From: Candidatus Iainarchaeum sp.
GTDB taxonomy: Archaea > Iainarchaeota > Iainarchaeia > Iainarchaeales > JAZDEL01
Length of the DNA stretch: 32,000 nucleotides
Direction: 5' to 3'
NCBI GenBank assembly: GCA_043808785.1
Contig: JAZDEL010000010.1
Span: 30,001 to 62,000, forward strand
Both the position numbers and the translations under genes were made by a program. Positions 1 through 7,731 of the stretch are shown here, piece after piece (within the stretch, counting starts at the first letter, position 1; the number at the start of each line of letters is the position of its first letter). The notes beneath the pieces are model-generated. The model did not search any database. It worked only from the letters and a program-made list of their open reading frames with translations, and was not told where the DNA came from.

Positions 1-332
1 CTGAAATAGCCCTCAGCCTCGCCCTCCGTGAGGTGCTCTATTACCTCGGTCATCACAATAAAATCAAAGCCCTTCCCGAGCGAATTTATTTTTTTCGGCT
101 CCACAACCCCGTAGCCTTTTGCCCGGGCCTTTTCCGCCTCCTGCTTATCCGGCTCGATGCCGGCCATTTCCGCATTCGGGTTTATCTTCCTCAGTTCGCC
201 GAAGAACAGGCACCTCCCGCACCCTATGTCCGCAACCCTTTTAGCGGAGCGGAAATCCGCGCCTTCGAGTATTTTTTTGTGCGTCTTCCAGCTGTAATCT
301 TTGCATTCCGCCATTTTTACCGCCCGAAACAT
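1..332 (-). CDS. class I SAM-dependent methyltransferase, 5' part only (gene runs off the left edge)
   Basis: Own reverse-strand translation; absent from the ORF track because there is no stop in the window. Sequence: M(FRAVKM)AECKDYSWKTHKKILEGADFRSAKRVADIGCGRCLFFGEL...GFDFIVMTEVIEHL. VADIGCG is Rossmann motif I. Start is ATG at 332 or in-frame ATG at 314. Lies 16-34 nt downstream of the preceding minus-strand gene. Confidence 0.6.
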   Translation of the reverse strand, partial: MFRAVKMAECKDYSWKTHKKILEGADFRSAKRVADIGCGRCLFFGELRKINPNAEMAGIEPDKQEAEKARAKGYGVVEPKKINSLGKGFDFIVMTEVIEHLTEGEAEGYF

Positions 333-348
333 TTTCCTTTTCCTGAAA

Positions 349-1737
349 TCACAGGTAACCGAGGCCCTTAAGCCTTTCCTTCACTTTGCCCTCAACAGGG
401 TTCTCCACGTCAGCCCTTGCGGCTTCCGCAGCGCCCGCGTTTTCATAGCTCTCCACATATGCCGTGCCGCGTTCCGAAGAAAAGCCTTTCCCCAGCGCCT
501 CTTCTGCGGCCTCGCCGTCCATGTCGCGCGCCTGCGGCATGCCCATCAATGCAAGCATTGTCGGCATTATATCCCGCACGGAAATTTTTCCTATCTCCCC
601 CGCCTTCGCAAACCCCGCGCCCGAAAAAACCGAAATCCCCGGCGGCCCGAACATGTGCCCGCCGCTGTATTCCCCCTCCGCCTTGCTGCCCAGCGCCGCC
701 TCTACGCCGTGGTCCGAGACTATTATGAAATTCGCATCGTCCCCCGCTGCGCGCATAACCCTGCCCAGGCATTCGTCCGCAAATTCATAGTAGTTCAAAA
801 TCGCCTCCCCGAATTCCGAAATTTCCTCCCTTGTGACAACGCTGAAAAGTTCGGGGTGCATGTACTTCCAGCAGAAGTGCTGCATGCCGTCTATCCCGTA
901 AAAATTAACCGCAAACACATCGGGCTTCTCCCTCTGCAGGAGTTCCTCCGCAACCGCGCAGTTGAGCTTGTCCCTCACATAGCCGAACTTCAGTATGTCA
1001 TACGGCTTCTTGTTTTCGTTCAGGCTCTTCACCGAGCGGAAAATTTCCATGCCCTTGCCCCCCGTGTTTATGAACCTTTTAATCTCGGCATCGCTTATCC
1101 GCATTGCGCTTTCCATTTTCTCCCGCACGAATGAGAATAGTTCGGCGGGGTATGCCGCCCTTTCCGCAAGTTCCCCCCCTCCCTTTCCCGCGTGTATCTC
1201 GCGCATCATCAGGTCTATGTTGTCCGTGACCATGAACCCGTTTACCTCCTCCGCGGGCCAGCTTATCATCCAGTCAACAACCCCCACCTTATATCCCGCG
1301 TCGCCGAATATGTTCCAGAACGCCTTCGCCCTCCTTGATGTAGAGTTTATTGTCGTGCCCTCCAGTATGCGCAGCGCGACAAGCGCCTTTACGCAAACCT
1401 GCAGCAGGTTCCTTGCGTACTTGTCCATCCTCATGTGGTAGCCGGGCCTCTTAAAATGCCCGAGCCTTTTCCCGAGCAGGGGAATGCGCCAGGTCATGAA
1501 GTCCTCTATTCCGTGCTTCTCCGCAACCTTTCCAGTCGCAATCGTGGTCCATATCACGGGGCTCCATGCAGGGGTTATTGTTTCCAGTTCCGCATGGCAG
1601 CCGTTGTCCATGAGTTTTTTAAGGTTCCTCAATCTTCCCTGCGCAACCATCGGATTTATGACGCCCCAGCTCGCGCCGTCCAGCCCTATAATTACGAGTT
1701 TAGTTTTTTGCCGCATATTCCCCGCACCCTCGCGCAT
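349..1737 (-). CDS. alkaline-phosphatase-superfamily protein, type I phosphodiesterase / nucleotide pyrophosphatase (NPP)-like
   Basis: ORF 349..1818. Motifs: N-terminal KLVIIGLDGASW (metal-binding Asp), TPAWSPVIWTTIATGKVAEKHGI (nucleophile region followed by TG..HG), FIIVSDHGVEA (DH metal ligands). Start set at ATG 1737, which overlaps the TAA of the upstream GT4 gene by 1 nt (TAATG). ATG at 1716 is an alternative. Confidence 0.7.
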   Translation of the reverse strand: MREGAGNMRQKTKLVIIGLDGASWGVINPMVAQGRLRNLKKLMDNGCHAELETITPAWSPVIWTTIATGKVAEKHGIEDFMTWRIPLLGKRLGHFKRPGYHMRMDKYARNLLQVCVKALVALRILEGTTINSTSRRAKAFWNIFGDAGYKVGVVDWMISWPAEEVNGFMVTDNIDLMMREIHAGKGGGELAERAAYPAELFSFVREKMESAMRISDAEIKRFINTGGKGMEIFRSVKSLNENKKPYDILKFGYVRDKLNCAVAEELLQREKPDVFAVNFYGIDGMQHFCWKYMHPELFSVVTREEISEFGEAILNYYEFADECLGRVMRAAGDDANFIIVSDHGVEAALGSKAEGEYSGGHMFGPPGISVFSGAGFAKAGEIGKISVRDIMPTMLALMGMPQARDMDGEAAEEALGKGFSSERGTAYVESYENAGAAEAARADVENPVEGKVKERLKGLGYL

Positions 1738-2885
1738 TAGTTTTTTGCCGCATTTTTTTCCCTCCCCCGCATTATTTTCCCGAACAGCACATTCGCATCC
1801 TGCGCAATCCTTTCCCATGAGAACCTCTCCGCAGCGCGCCTCCTGCCTTTCGCTGCAAATGCCGCGCTTATCCCCTTACTGTTCCTCATTTTCGAAATCG
1901 CGCCCGCCAATTCTGCGGCATCGCCCTCCCTGAAAACAATTCCCGCGTCCCCGATTACGTCGGGTATGGAGCCCGAGTCGGAGCCTATCACAGGAACGCC
2001 GCACGCCATCGCCTCAACGAGTACGCGGCCGAACTGCTCCTTCCAGTGCGGCGTTGTGCGCGAGGGGAGCACAAGTGCATCAAGAGCGCTTATGTAGTGA
2101 GGCATCTCCAAATAATCGGGATTGACAAAAACAACCCTGCCGCGAATGCCTAACTCCGCAGCCCTTTCCTCCAGTTCCTTCCTGTACCCCTCGTCGCCGA
2201 AGCCGTCGATTACGGCAGTAAACTCAAAATCGAGTTCCGCGCACGCATCAAGCAGCGTCTCAACTCCCTTCTCCCTTATAAGCCTGCCCATATACCCCGC
2301 AACAAACCCTTTCAGCCCCAGCTTTTTCCTCAGCGCCGCGGCATCGCGCCTGCGGAAGAGCGCGGTGTCTATCCCGAGGTACAGCTTCTCTACCCTGCCC
2401 TTGAACCCCCTTTTCCCCAGCAGTTCCGCGCTTTCATCGCTTATCGCGAACGCATTCCCGCAGAGCGCGAAAACCGTGCGTTCCACAATCGGCAGGGGAA
2501 ACCGCAGCCTGCGCGGCAGGTTCTCCTTCGTATAAAACACGGGCTCCGCGCCGAAGAGCCTTGCCGCCGCGGCGGCCTGCAGCGCGCTGAAACTCCAGGG
2601 CTCCTCGTCTATAAGCACTATGTCCGGCCTTGCCCTGCGCATCCCGAGCAGGAGCGGCGAGGTGAAGAAAAAATAATTTATTTTCCCGCCGAAAGCGACA
2701 TTCCCGCCAAGGAGGGAAAATTTTTCCCCGCCGCTTTTCTGCAGTTTTGTTTTCGCGCTTGCGAAGTCCGCCCTCCATTCGGACGGGGCGAGCACAGTGA
2801 CTTCCGCACCGGGCAGCGCAAGCTCTCCATACAATGCCTGGTTCACGCGCAGAAACGCGGAGTGGCTGATAACAAGTAATTTCAT
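1737..2885 (-). CDS. glycosyltransferase family 4 (GT-B, GT1/GT4-type)
   Basis: MKLLVISHS... N-terminus and C-terminal WKEQFGRVLVEAMACGVPVIGSDSGSIPDVI (E-x7-E region). Start 2885 is preferred because an ATATAA box (rc of 2908-2913) lies about 26 nt upstream. ATG at 2894 is an alternative. Confidence 0.8.
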   Translation of the reverse strand: MKLLVISHSAFLRVNQALYGELALPGAEVTVLAPSEWRADFASAKTKLQKSGGEKFSLLGGNVAFGGKINYFFFTSPLLLGMRRARPDIVLIDEEPWSFSALQAAAAARLFGAEPVFYTKENLPRRLRFPLPIVERTVFALCGNAFAISDESAELLGKRGFKGRVEKLYLGIDTALFRRRDAAALRKKLGLKGFVAGYMGRLIREKGVETLLDACAELDFEFTAVIDGFGDEGYRKELEERAAELGIRGRVVFVNPDYLEMPHYISALDALVLPSRTTPHWKEQFGRVLVEAMACGVPVIGSDSGSIPDVIGDAGIVFREGDAAELAGAISKMRNSKGISAAFAAKGRRRAAERFSWERIAQDANVLFGKIMRGREKNAAKN

Positions 2886-2997
2886 TTTGCCCATAACAAT
2901 GCGCCAGTTATATGCCGTGCCCTTTAGTTAACCAAACCCCGCGTTGGTTTTTTATTGGTTTCCACAGGCTTCTGCGCGGCATTTCTCCCATTCCTTT

Positions 2998-3006
2998 TTG
3001 GTTCAA
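2998..3006. promoter_or_regulatory. TTG-N3-CAA motif (TTGGTTCAA), centre 72 nt upstream of ATG 3074
   Basis: Exact 9-mer read in the sequence. Same position class as the sites at 24298, 26547 and 28168. Confidence 0.4.
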
Positions 3007-3048
3007 AAATCTAACCCTTCCCGTGCCTGCGCAACCGCAAGGTATTTA

Positions 3049-3057
3049 TTGGTTCAA
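3049..3057. promoter_or_regulatory. TTG-N3-CAA motif (TTGGTTCAA), promoter-proximal copy between the TATA-like box and ATG 3074
   Basis: Exact 9-mer abutting the gtatttatt box. Centre is 21 nt upstream of ATG 3074. Confidence 0.35.
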
Positions 3058-3073
3058 CCCCCAGTTTTATTTC

Positions 3074-4276
3074 ATGCCCCCCGCAAGCAAGGCGCCCCTG
3101 ACTCGGGCAAGCAAGGCGCTCCTGGTAAGTTACGATTTCATGCCGCGCTTAGGCGGAAAGATAACTTACCTGCACGAGACATTCAGGCGCATGCCAGAGG
3201 GCAAAAAGGCGGTGCTCACCGCGAATTACCCCGGTGCACGCGCGTTTGACGCCACCGCGCCCTACAAAATCTACAGGTTCCCGCGCGCGCTTTTCAGCCT
3301 GCCCATGCCGCCCTTCCCGCGCATCTACCTCCTGAAGGTTTTGCTTTCCCTTCCTTACGCAATTTCCGTGTGCATGCGCGAGAAGCCCGATTATCTCATC
3401 GCCGGCCAGCTCCTGCCCGACGGCGTGCTTTGCCATTACCTTAGCAAGGTTCTGCACGTGCCTTATGCGGTGCAAACCTACGATACCATAGATGTGGAGA
3501 TGCCGCTGCACACCGCGGATGCGGCAATATGCAGGCTTGTTATGCGCGGCGCGGACCGCGTCTTTTACATAAGCGATTTCATGAGGGGCAAGGCCATAGA
3601 TGCGGGGGCGATGGAAGAACGTGCAGTGAAGGCGGAGCCGGGCACGGACCCCGAATTCTTCAGGCCGCACCTTGGCACAAGCGCGCTGAGGAAAAAGCAC
3701 GGCCTCGACGGAAAAAAGGTGCTCCTTACCGTGGCAAAGCTCTCGGAGCGCAAGGGGCACGCGCAGGTAATCCGCGCCCTGCCGCGCGTGCTTGAAAAGT
3801 TCCCCGAACTCGTTTACCTTATGGCAGGGAGCGGCAAATGCGAAGCCGAACTGCGCGGCCTTGCAGACAGCCTCGGGGTAAGCGGCAATGTCATTTTCCT
3901 CGGCAGCGTTGGCAATGCCGAACTCCCGCTCTACTACAACCTCTGCGACATTTTCATAATGCCGAGCTTTTACATTGCGGAAAAGTTTAAGTCGGAGGGT
4001 TACGGCATAGTTTTCCTCGAGGCGAACGCCTGCGGCAAGCCCGTGATAGGCGGCAGGAACGCGGGAATGCTTGATGCTGTTGCCGACGGAAAAACCGGCC
4101 TCTTGGTTGAGCCATCTAACGTCGAGGAGATTTCCTCCGCAATAGTAAAGCTCCTCTCAAACCCCTCCCTAGCGCGCAGGATGGGTAACGCGGGAAGGGA
4201 GCGCGTGCTAAATGAGCGCAACTGGGAAAATTCCGCAAAGGCGGTTTCCCTCGCGATTTTCGGGGGTTCGGCATGA
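3074..4276 (+). CDS. glycosyltransferase family 4
   Basis: ORF 2912..4276 trimmed to ATG 3074 (MPPASK...), because the upstream extension covers the promoter region. Motif: SEGYGIVFLEANACGKPVIGGRNAGMLDAVADGKTGLLV. Confidence 0.8.
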   Translation: MPPASKAPLTRASKALLVSYDFMPRLGGKITYLHETFRRMPEGKKAVLTANYPGARAFDATAPYKIYRFPRALFSLPMPPFPRIYLLKVLLSLPYAISVCMREKPDYLIAGQLLPDGVLCHYLSKVLHVPYAVQTYDTIDVEMPLHTADAAICRLVMRGADRVFYISDFMRGKAIDAGAMEERAVKAEPGTDPEFFRPHLGTSALRKKHGLDGKKVLLTVAKLSERKGHAQVIRALPRVLEKFPELVYLMAGSGKCEAELRGLADSLGVSGNVIFLGSVGNAELPLYYNLCDIFIMPSFYIAEKFKSEGYGIVFLEANACGKPVIGGRNAGMLDAVADGKTGLLVEPSNVEEISSAIVKLLSNPSLARRMGNAGRERVLNERNWENSAKAVSLAIFGGSA

Positions 4277-5685
4277 AAATAATCCTGTGCGACCCCGAGG
4301 GTGTCGTGAAAGGGCTGAACAACGGGCTTGCTTACATCGTTGCGGCGCTTGCAAAGCGCGGCTACTCTTCAGAAGTGCTTGACTGGAACAACCGCCCGGA
4401 AAACGCGGAGGAGAAGCTCCGCAGGCTTGCGGGTGCGGACATAATCGGCATCTCCATAAAGTCATTCACCCTGCGCGGCGCGCTTGAGATTGCGCGCATT
4501 GCGCGCGCGAAAAACAGGCGCGCCCTCATTGTTGCCGGCGGGCCGCACGTAACCCTTGATGCGGAAAACTTCCTGCGCGGGAATGCGGAGTTCGACGCCG
4601 CAATATTGCACGAGGCCGAGGACGCGTTCCCAGAGGTTGCGGATGCGGCCAAAGGCAAAGGAAAGCCGAAGCTTGCCGCGGTAAAGGGAATTATTTTCCG
4701 CTCTCGCGGCAAACTTGTGCGCACAAAGCCCCGCGCATTCAGGGAAAGCCTCGACAGCATACCTTTCCCGGATTATGCAGGCTTCGATTCGATGCCGCAG
4801 GCGATGCACGAATACCCGCTTGTCACAAGCCGCGGCTGCCCCTACCAGTGCACCTATTGCTCCGTCGGGAAAATCATAGGGAAAAAATTCCGTTTCCGCT
4901 CCCCGCAGAACGTTGTCGCGGAACTCGAACACGCGAAGGGCAAATATGGCATAACCTCCTTCTCCATACTCGACGACGATTTCACCCTGCTCATGGACAG
5001 GGCAAAGGAATTCTGCAGGCTGCTCATCGGGAAAAACCTCGCGCTCAAATGGTCGTGCCCGAACGGCATACGCGCCGACCGCCTCGATGCCGAGCTCGTG
5101 AGCCTGATGAAAAAATCCGGCTGTTCCTTTGTCGCGGTCGGTGTCGAGAGCGCCGACCCCGAGGTTTTCGCGGCAATAAAAAAGGGCGAAACCCTCGAAA
5201 CCGTAAGGGCGGCGATTTCACTGCTGCAGGGCGCGGGGATAGAGGTCACGGGCTATTTCATAGTCGGGCTGCCGCACTCCACTTTCGAAAGGGATTTGCG
5301 CTCCCTCGAATTTGCGCGCTCCGCAGGCCTCGACCACGCCTCGTGGGGCATTCTTGTGCCTTATCCCGGAACCGAGGTCTGGGACTGGGTGGGGAAAAAC
5401 GGCAAAATACTCAGGGACTGGAAGGAGGGCTTCCACTTCGGCTCCGAGCCCAAATGCGTTTTTGAAACTTCAGATTACTCTGAAGCGGAGAGGGTGCGCG
5501 CATACTTCATGCTGAACATGCGTTTCGGCAATTACCTTATGTTCTTCCCGCAGCGCGAGAACCGCGCTGTAAAGGCGGCGAAGGCGCTCGGCCTTGTGCT
5601 TAAGTATGACGCATCGCGCCTGCCTTTCCACATTGCGCAGATGGCGCGGGTTTTCGGCTCCGCGCTGGTTAAGGCGCGCGGCTAG
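4273..5685 (+). CDS. B12-binding-domain radical SAM protein (class B)
   Basis: N-terminal Rossmann-like region (ADIIGISIKSF...IVAGGPHVT) and SRGCPYQCTYCSV (CxxxCxxC). ATGA overlap with the upstream GT4 gene. Confidence 0.8.
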   Translation: MKIILCDPEGVVKGLNNGLAYIVAALAKRGYSSEVLDWNNRPENAEEKLRRLAGADIIGISIKSFTLRGALEIARIARAKNRRALIVAGGPHVTLDAENFLRGNAEFDAAILHEAEDAFPEVADAAKGKGKPKLAAVKGIIFRSRGKLVRTKPRAFRESLDSIPFPDYAGFDSMPQAMHEYPLVTSRGCPYQCTYCSVGKIIGKKFRFRSPQNVVAELEHAKGKYGITSFSILDDDFTLLMDRAKEFCRLLIGKNLALKWSCPNGIRADRLDAELVSLMKKSGCSFVAVGVESADPEVFAAIKKGETLETVRAAISLLQGAGIEVTGYFIVGLPHSTFERDLRSLEFARSAGLDHASWGILVPYPGTEVWDWVGKNGKILRDWKEGFHFGSEPKCVFETSDYSEAERVRAYFMLNMRFGNYLMFFPQRENRAVKAAKALGLVLKYDASRLPFHIAQMARVFGSALVKARG

Positions 5686-5708
5686 CCGCTTTCCGGATGC
5701 GCTGCAAA

Positions 5709-5715
5709 TTTATAT
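5709..5715 (+). promoter_or_regulatory. TATA-like box (TTTATAT) for module copy 1
   Basis: Starts 30 nt upstream of ATG 5739. Context aaatttatatgttttgcatccac resembles the copy-2 context ctttttatatgctttttgcactacac. Confidence 0.4.
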
Positions 5716-5738
5716 GTTTTGCATCCACTATTTAGCGC

Positions 5739-6443
5739 ATGGGTTTGCATATCGACCGCGGTATTTTGGTTCTTGCCGCCTCTGCCGCAGCCGCGGCCTT
5801 CCTCTACTCCTTCGTTTTCTGGCAGGCTTATCCCCCGATTTACAACGCGAACTCGCCGCAGGTGGGCTCGGATGCCGCCAGGTTTGACGCGGTTGTTTTT
5901 CTGGACTATTCCGCCCTCAGCAATGCGGTGTTTGTGCGGGGCGTGATTGAGCCGGTAATCAAGGACTACAGGGGCAGCGTCCGCTTCGTGTTCAAAGTGC
6001 TTCCAACAGACAGCAGGTGCAACCCGGAAACCAATTCCGAAGCCGTTTCATGTACCATGGCGGAGGCGCTTCTGTGCGCGCATGCACAGGGAAAATATTT
6101 CGAATATGCAGGCACTGTAGTGGATTTGATGCTTGCCTCCGCAAAGGACATGCCTGAATCCGCCGGGCAGCAGGTAGTCTACAATTTCTCGGAGGAAGAA
6201 GCCGGCCTCCTTGCTGCAGCGGTCGGGCTCGACAGGGAAAGGCTTGCGGCCTGCATTAAGGGGCATGACGCCCTGCCCGAAATACGCAACAACGCAATAG
6301 AGGGCCGCCTGTATTATCTGGAACACGTCCCCTGGGTGCTGGTCAACCGCAGCGCAGTCCCGTTCCATGAAGGCGCCACCGTGCAGGAGTCCTACCTTCT
6401 GCTGAAGGGCGCAATAGAAAAGGAGCTGAATAAAAATGGCTGA
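5739..6443 (+). CDS. membrane-anchored DsbA/BdbD-like thioredoxin-fold protein, CxxC absent (copy 1)
   Basis: N-terminal TM segment (ILVLAASAAAAAFLYSFVFW). The region aligning to the DsbA 'V.F.DF.CP.C' motif reads VVFLDYSALSNAVF. Retained features: cis-Pro-type loop EHVPWVLVN, AEALLCAHAQGKYF, LAACIKGH, and C-terminal IEKELNKNG (compare BdbD ...IEKELKGK). Confidence 0.65.
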   Translation: MGLHIDRGILVLAASAAAAAFLYSFVFWQAYPPIYNANSPQVGSDAARFDAVVFLDYSALSNAVFVRGVIEPVIKDYRGSVRFVFKVLPTDSRCNPETNSEAVSCTMAEALLCAHAQGKYFEYAGTVVDLMLASAKDMPESAGQQVVYNFSEEEAGLLAAAVGLDRERLAACIKGHDALPEIRNNAIEGRLYYLEHVPWVLVNRSAVPFHEGATVQESYLLLKGAIEKELNKNG

Positions 6444-7599
6444 GCACGGTAAGCCTGGGGGGCTGCCTGCGACGTTCTTCGGCCTCAGCCGCAGGCAGGC
6501 GCTGGCTCTTGCGGCAATTTTAATACTCGCCCTCGGCCTGCGCATCTACGGCATCGGCGACAGGATTGAGGCACCTGACGAGAATATGACCCTCCGGGCC
6601 ATGGGCGACATCGGCAACCTGTACAGCCAACTTGCGGAAGAGGATTTCCACCCCCCGCTTTATTACCTGCTCATTTCTCCCGCATACCTCATTATGCCCG
6701 GCCTTGTTTCAATCCGCCTTGTGGGGGCGCTCCTCGGCGCCTTAACTGTGCTTGCGGTTTTCTTCCTCGCAAGGGAATTCATGGATGCGCGCAAGTCGCT
6801 CATTGCCGCCTTTCTCTTCGCAATCTACCCTTACTCAATTGTTTATTCCCAGCAGGCGAGATGCTATGTGCTTGTCATACTGCTTTCCACGCTTTCCACG
6901 CTTGTTTGGGTAAGATTCCTGAAGGGGAAGGGCAGCCCTATCCTTCTGGTTCCGCTTTATGCCGCCACTGCCTACACGGACTACACCGCAGTTTTCGGGA
7001 TAGCCGTGCAGGCAGCCATAACCCTGCTGCTTAAGTTCCGCACACCCGAAGCCAAAAAATATTTTGGTGCACTTGCGCTGTCCGCAATCCTCTGCCTGCC
7101 TTTATGTTTCCTCCTGGCGGAGCAGCGGGCCATAGGGGTTGCGGCAGTGAAATGGGGCTCCGGAGTTGACGCCCACATAGTGCTGGATTATCTGCGGCAG
7201 GGCATCGGCACCGAATACGGCCTGTATTTCAACAGCCAGCTCGGCATAACCGGCAGGCCGATACCACAGCTCTTCCTCCCCGCGGTTGCCGCCTGGGTTC
7301 TGGCTTTCATCGGCATCTCAATGCTTTGGAGAAGGAGGGCCGACTTTTACGCGCTTGCGGCGCTGTACCTGCTTGCCTCCCTGCTCGTGTTCTTTGCAGG
7401 GCTTGTGCTGTCGTACCCCCCGCAGCACAGGTTTATCCTCTTCCTGACGCCGCTTCTCATCCTTTTCATTGCCGAGGGCACGGACTTCAGGTCGATTGTG
7501 CGCACAACGCTCTTTTTCATAGTGCTCTTCGGCTGGTGCCTTGCGGTGCTCTTCTACTACTCGCATCTCCTTGACCTGCACTACATCGGGCTGCCGTAG
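6436..7599 (+). CDS. GT-C fold membrane glycosyltransferase, GT39/GT83 (PMT_2/ArnT)-like, no soluble domain (copy 1)
   Basis: About 12 hydrophobic segments. First loop carries APDEN (DE motif). Also FHPPLYYLL, IYPYSIVYSQQARCY, and C-terminal LFYYSHLLDLHYIGLP. Confidence 0.65.
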   Translation: MAEHGKPGGLPATFFGLSRRQALALAAILILALGLRIYGIGDRIEAPDENMTLRAMGDIGNLYSQLAEEDFHPPLYYLLISPAYLIMPGLVSIRLVGALLGALTVLAVFFLAREFMDARKSLIAAFLFAIYPYSIVYSQQARCYVLVILLSTLSTLVWVRFLKGKGSPILLVPLYAATAYTDYTAVFGIAVQAAITLLLKFRTPEAKKYFGALALSAILCLPLCFLLAEQRAIGVAAVKWGSGVDAHIVLDYLRQGIGTEYGLYFNSQLGITGRPIPQLFLPAVAAWVLAFIGISMLWRRRADFYALAALYLLASLLVFFAGLVLSYPPQHRFILFLTPLLILFIAEGTDFRSIVRTTLFFIVLFGWCLAVLFYYSHLLDLHYIGLP

Positions 7600-7700
7600 C
7601 TGCGCGTTCCTGAGGGACTGCCCGGCCGGCTGAAGCGGCAATCCGGCGGGTTTATGGCAATTGTGGCGGATTGTTTTCACGGGGCGCCTAACATGCGCTT

Positions 7701-7707
7701 TTTATAT
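7701..7707 (+). promoter_or_regulatory. TATA-like box (TTTATAT) for module copy 2
   Basis: Starts 31 nt upstream of ATG 7732. Context is conserved with the copy-1 promoter. Confidence 0.4.
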
Positions 7708-7731
7708 GCTTTTTGCACTACACCAGATAGG

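Larger units (their letters stand above)
2895..3073. promoter_or_regulatory. divergent promoter region between two GT4 genes
   Basis: AT-rich boxes: ttatat at 2908-2913 (for the minus-strand gene) and gtatttatt at 3042-3050 (about 27 nt before ATG 3074). Contains two TTGGTTCAA copies (2998-3006, 3049-3057) and degenerate TTGGTT repeats at 2944-2963. Confidence 0.45.

Noticed and set aside
33-371. 112-aa plus-strand ORF at the left edge.
   Set aside because: The opposite strand encodes a clean SAM-methyltransferase N-terminus (VADIGCG motif) over the same bases. The plus-strand product has no recognisable features and starts at GTG.
301-1134. Long plus-strand ORF (277 aa) and many similar long ORFs antisense to confidently assigned genes. 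Examples: 7795-8559(-), 12648-13307(-), 18035-18910(+), 22258-23031(+), 23222-24118(+), 25190-25879(+), 25660-26379(+), 27017-28063(+), 30727-31626(+).
   Set aside because: They have Arg/Pro/Ala-rich low-complexity translations with no recognisable motifs. Each lies fully within a gene on the other strand that has clear family signatures. These are typical shadow ORFs of GC-rich DNA.
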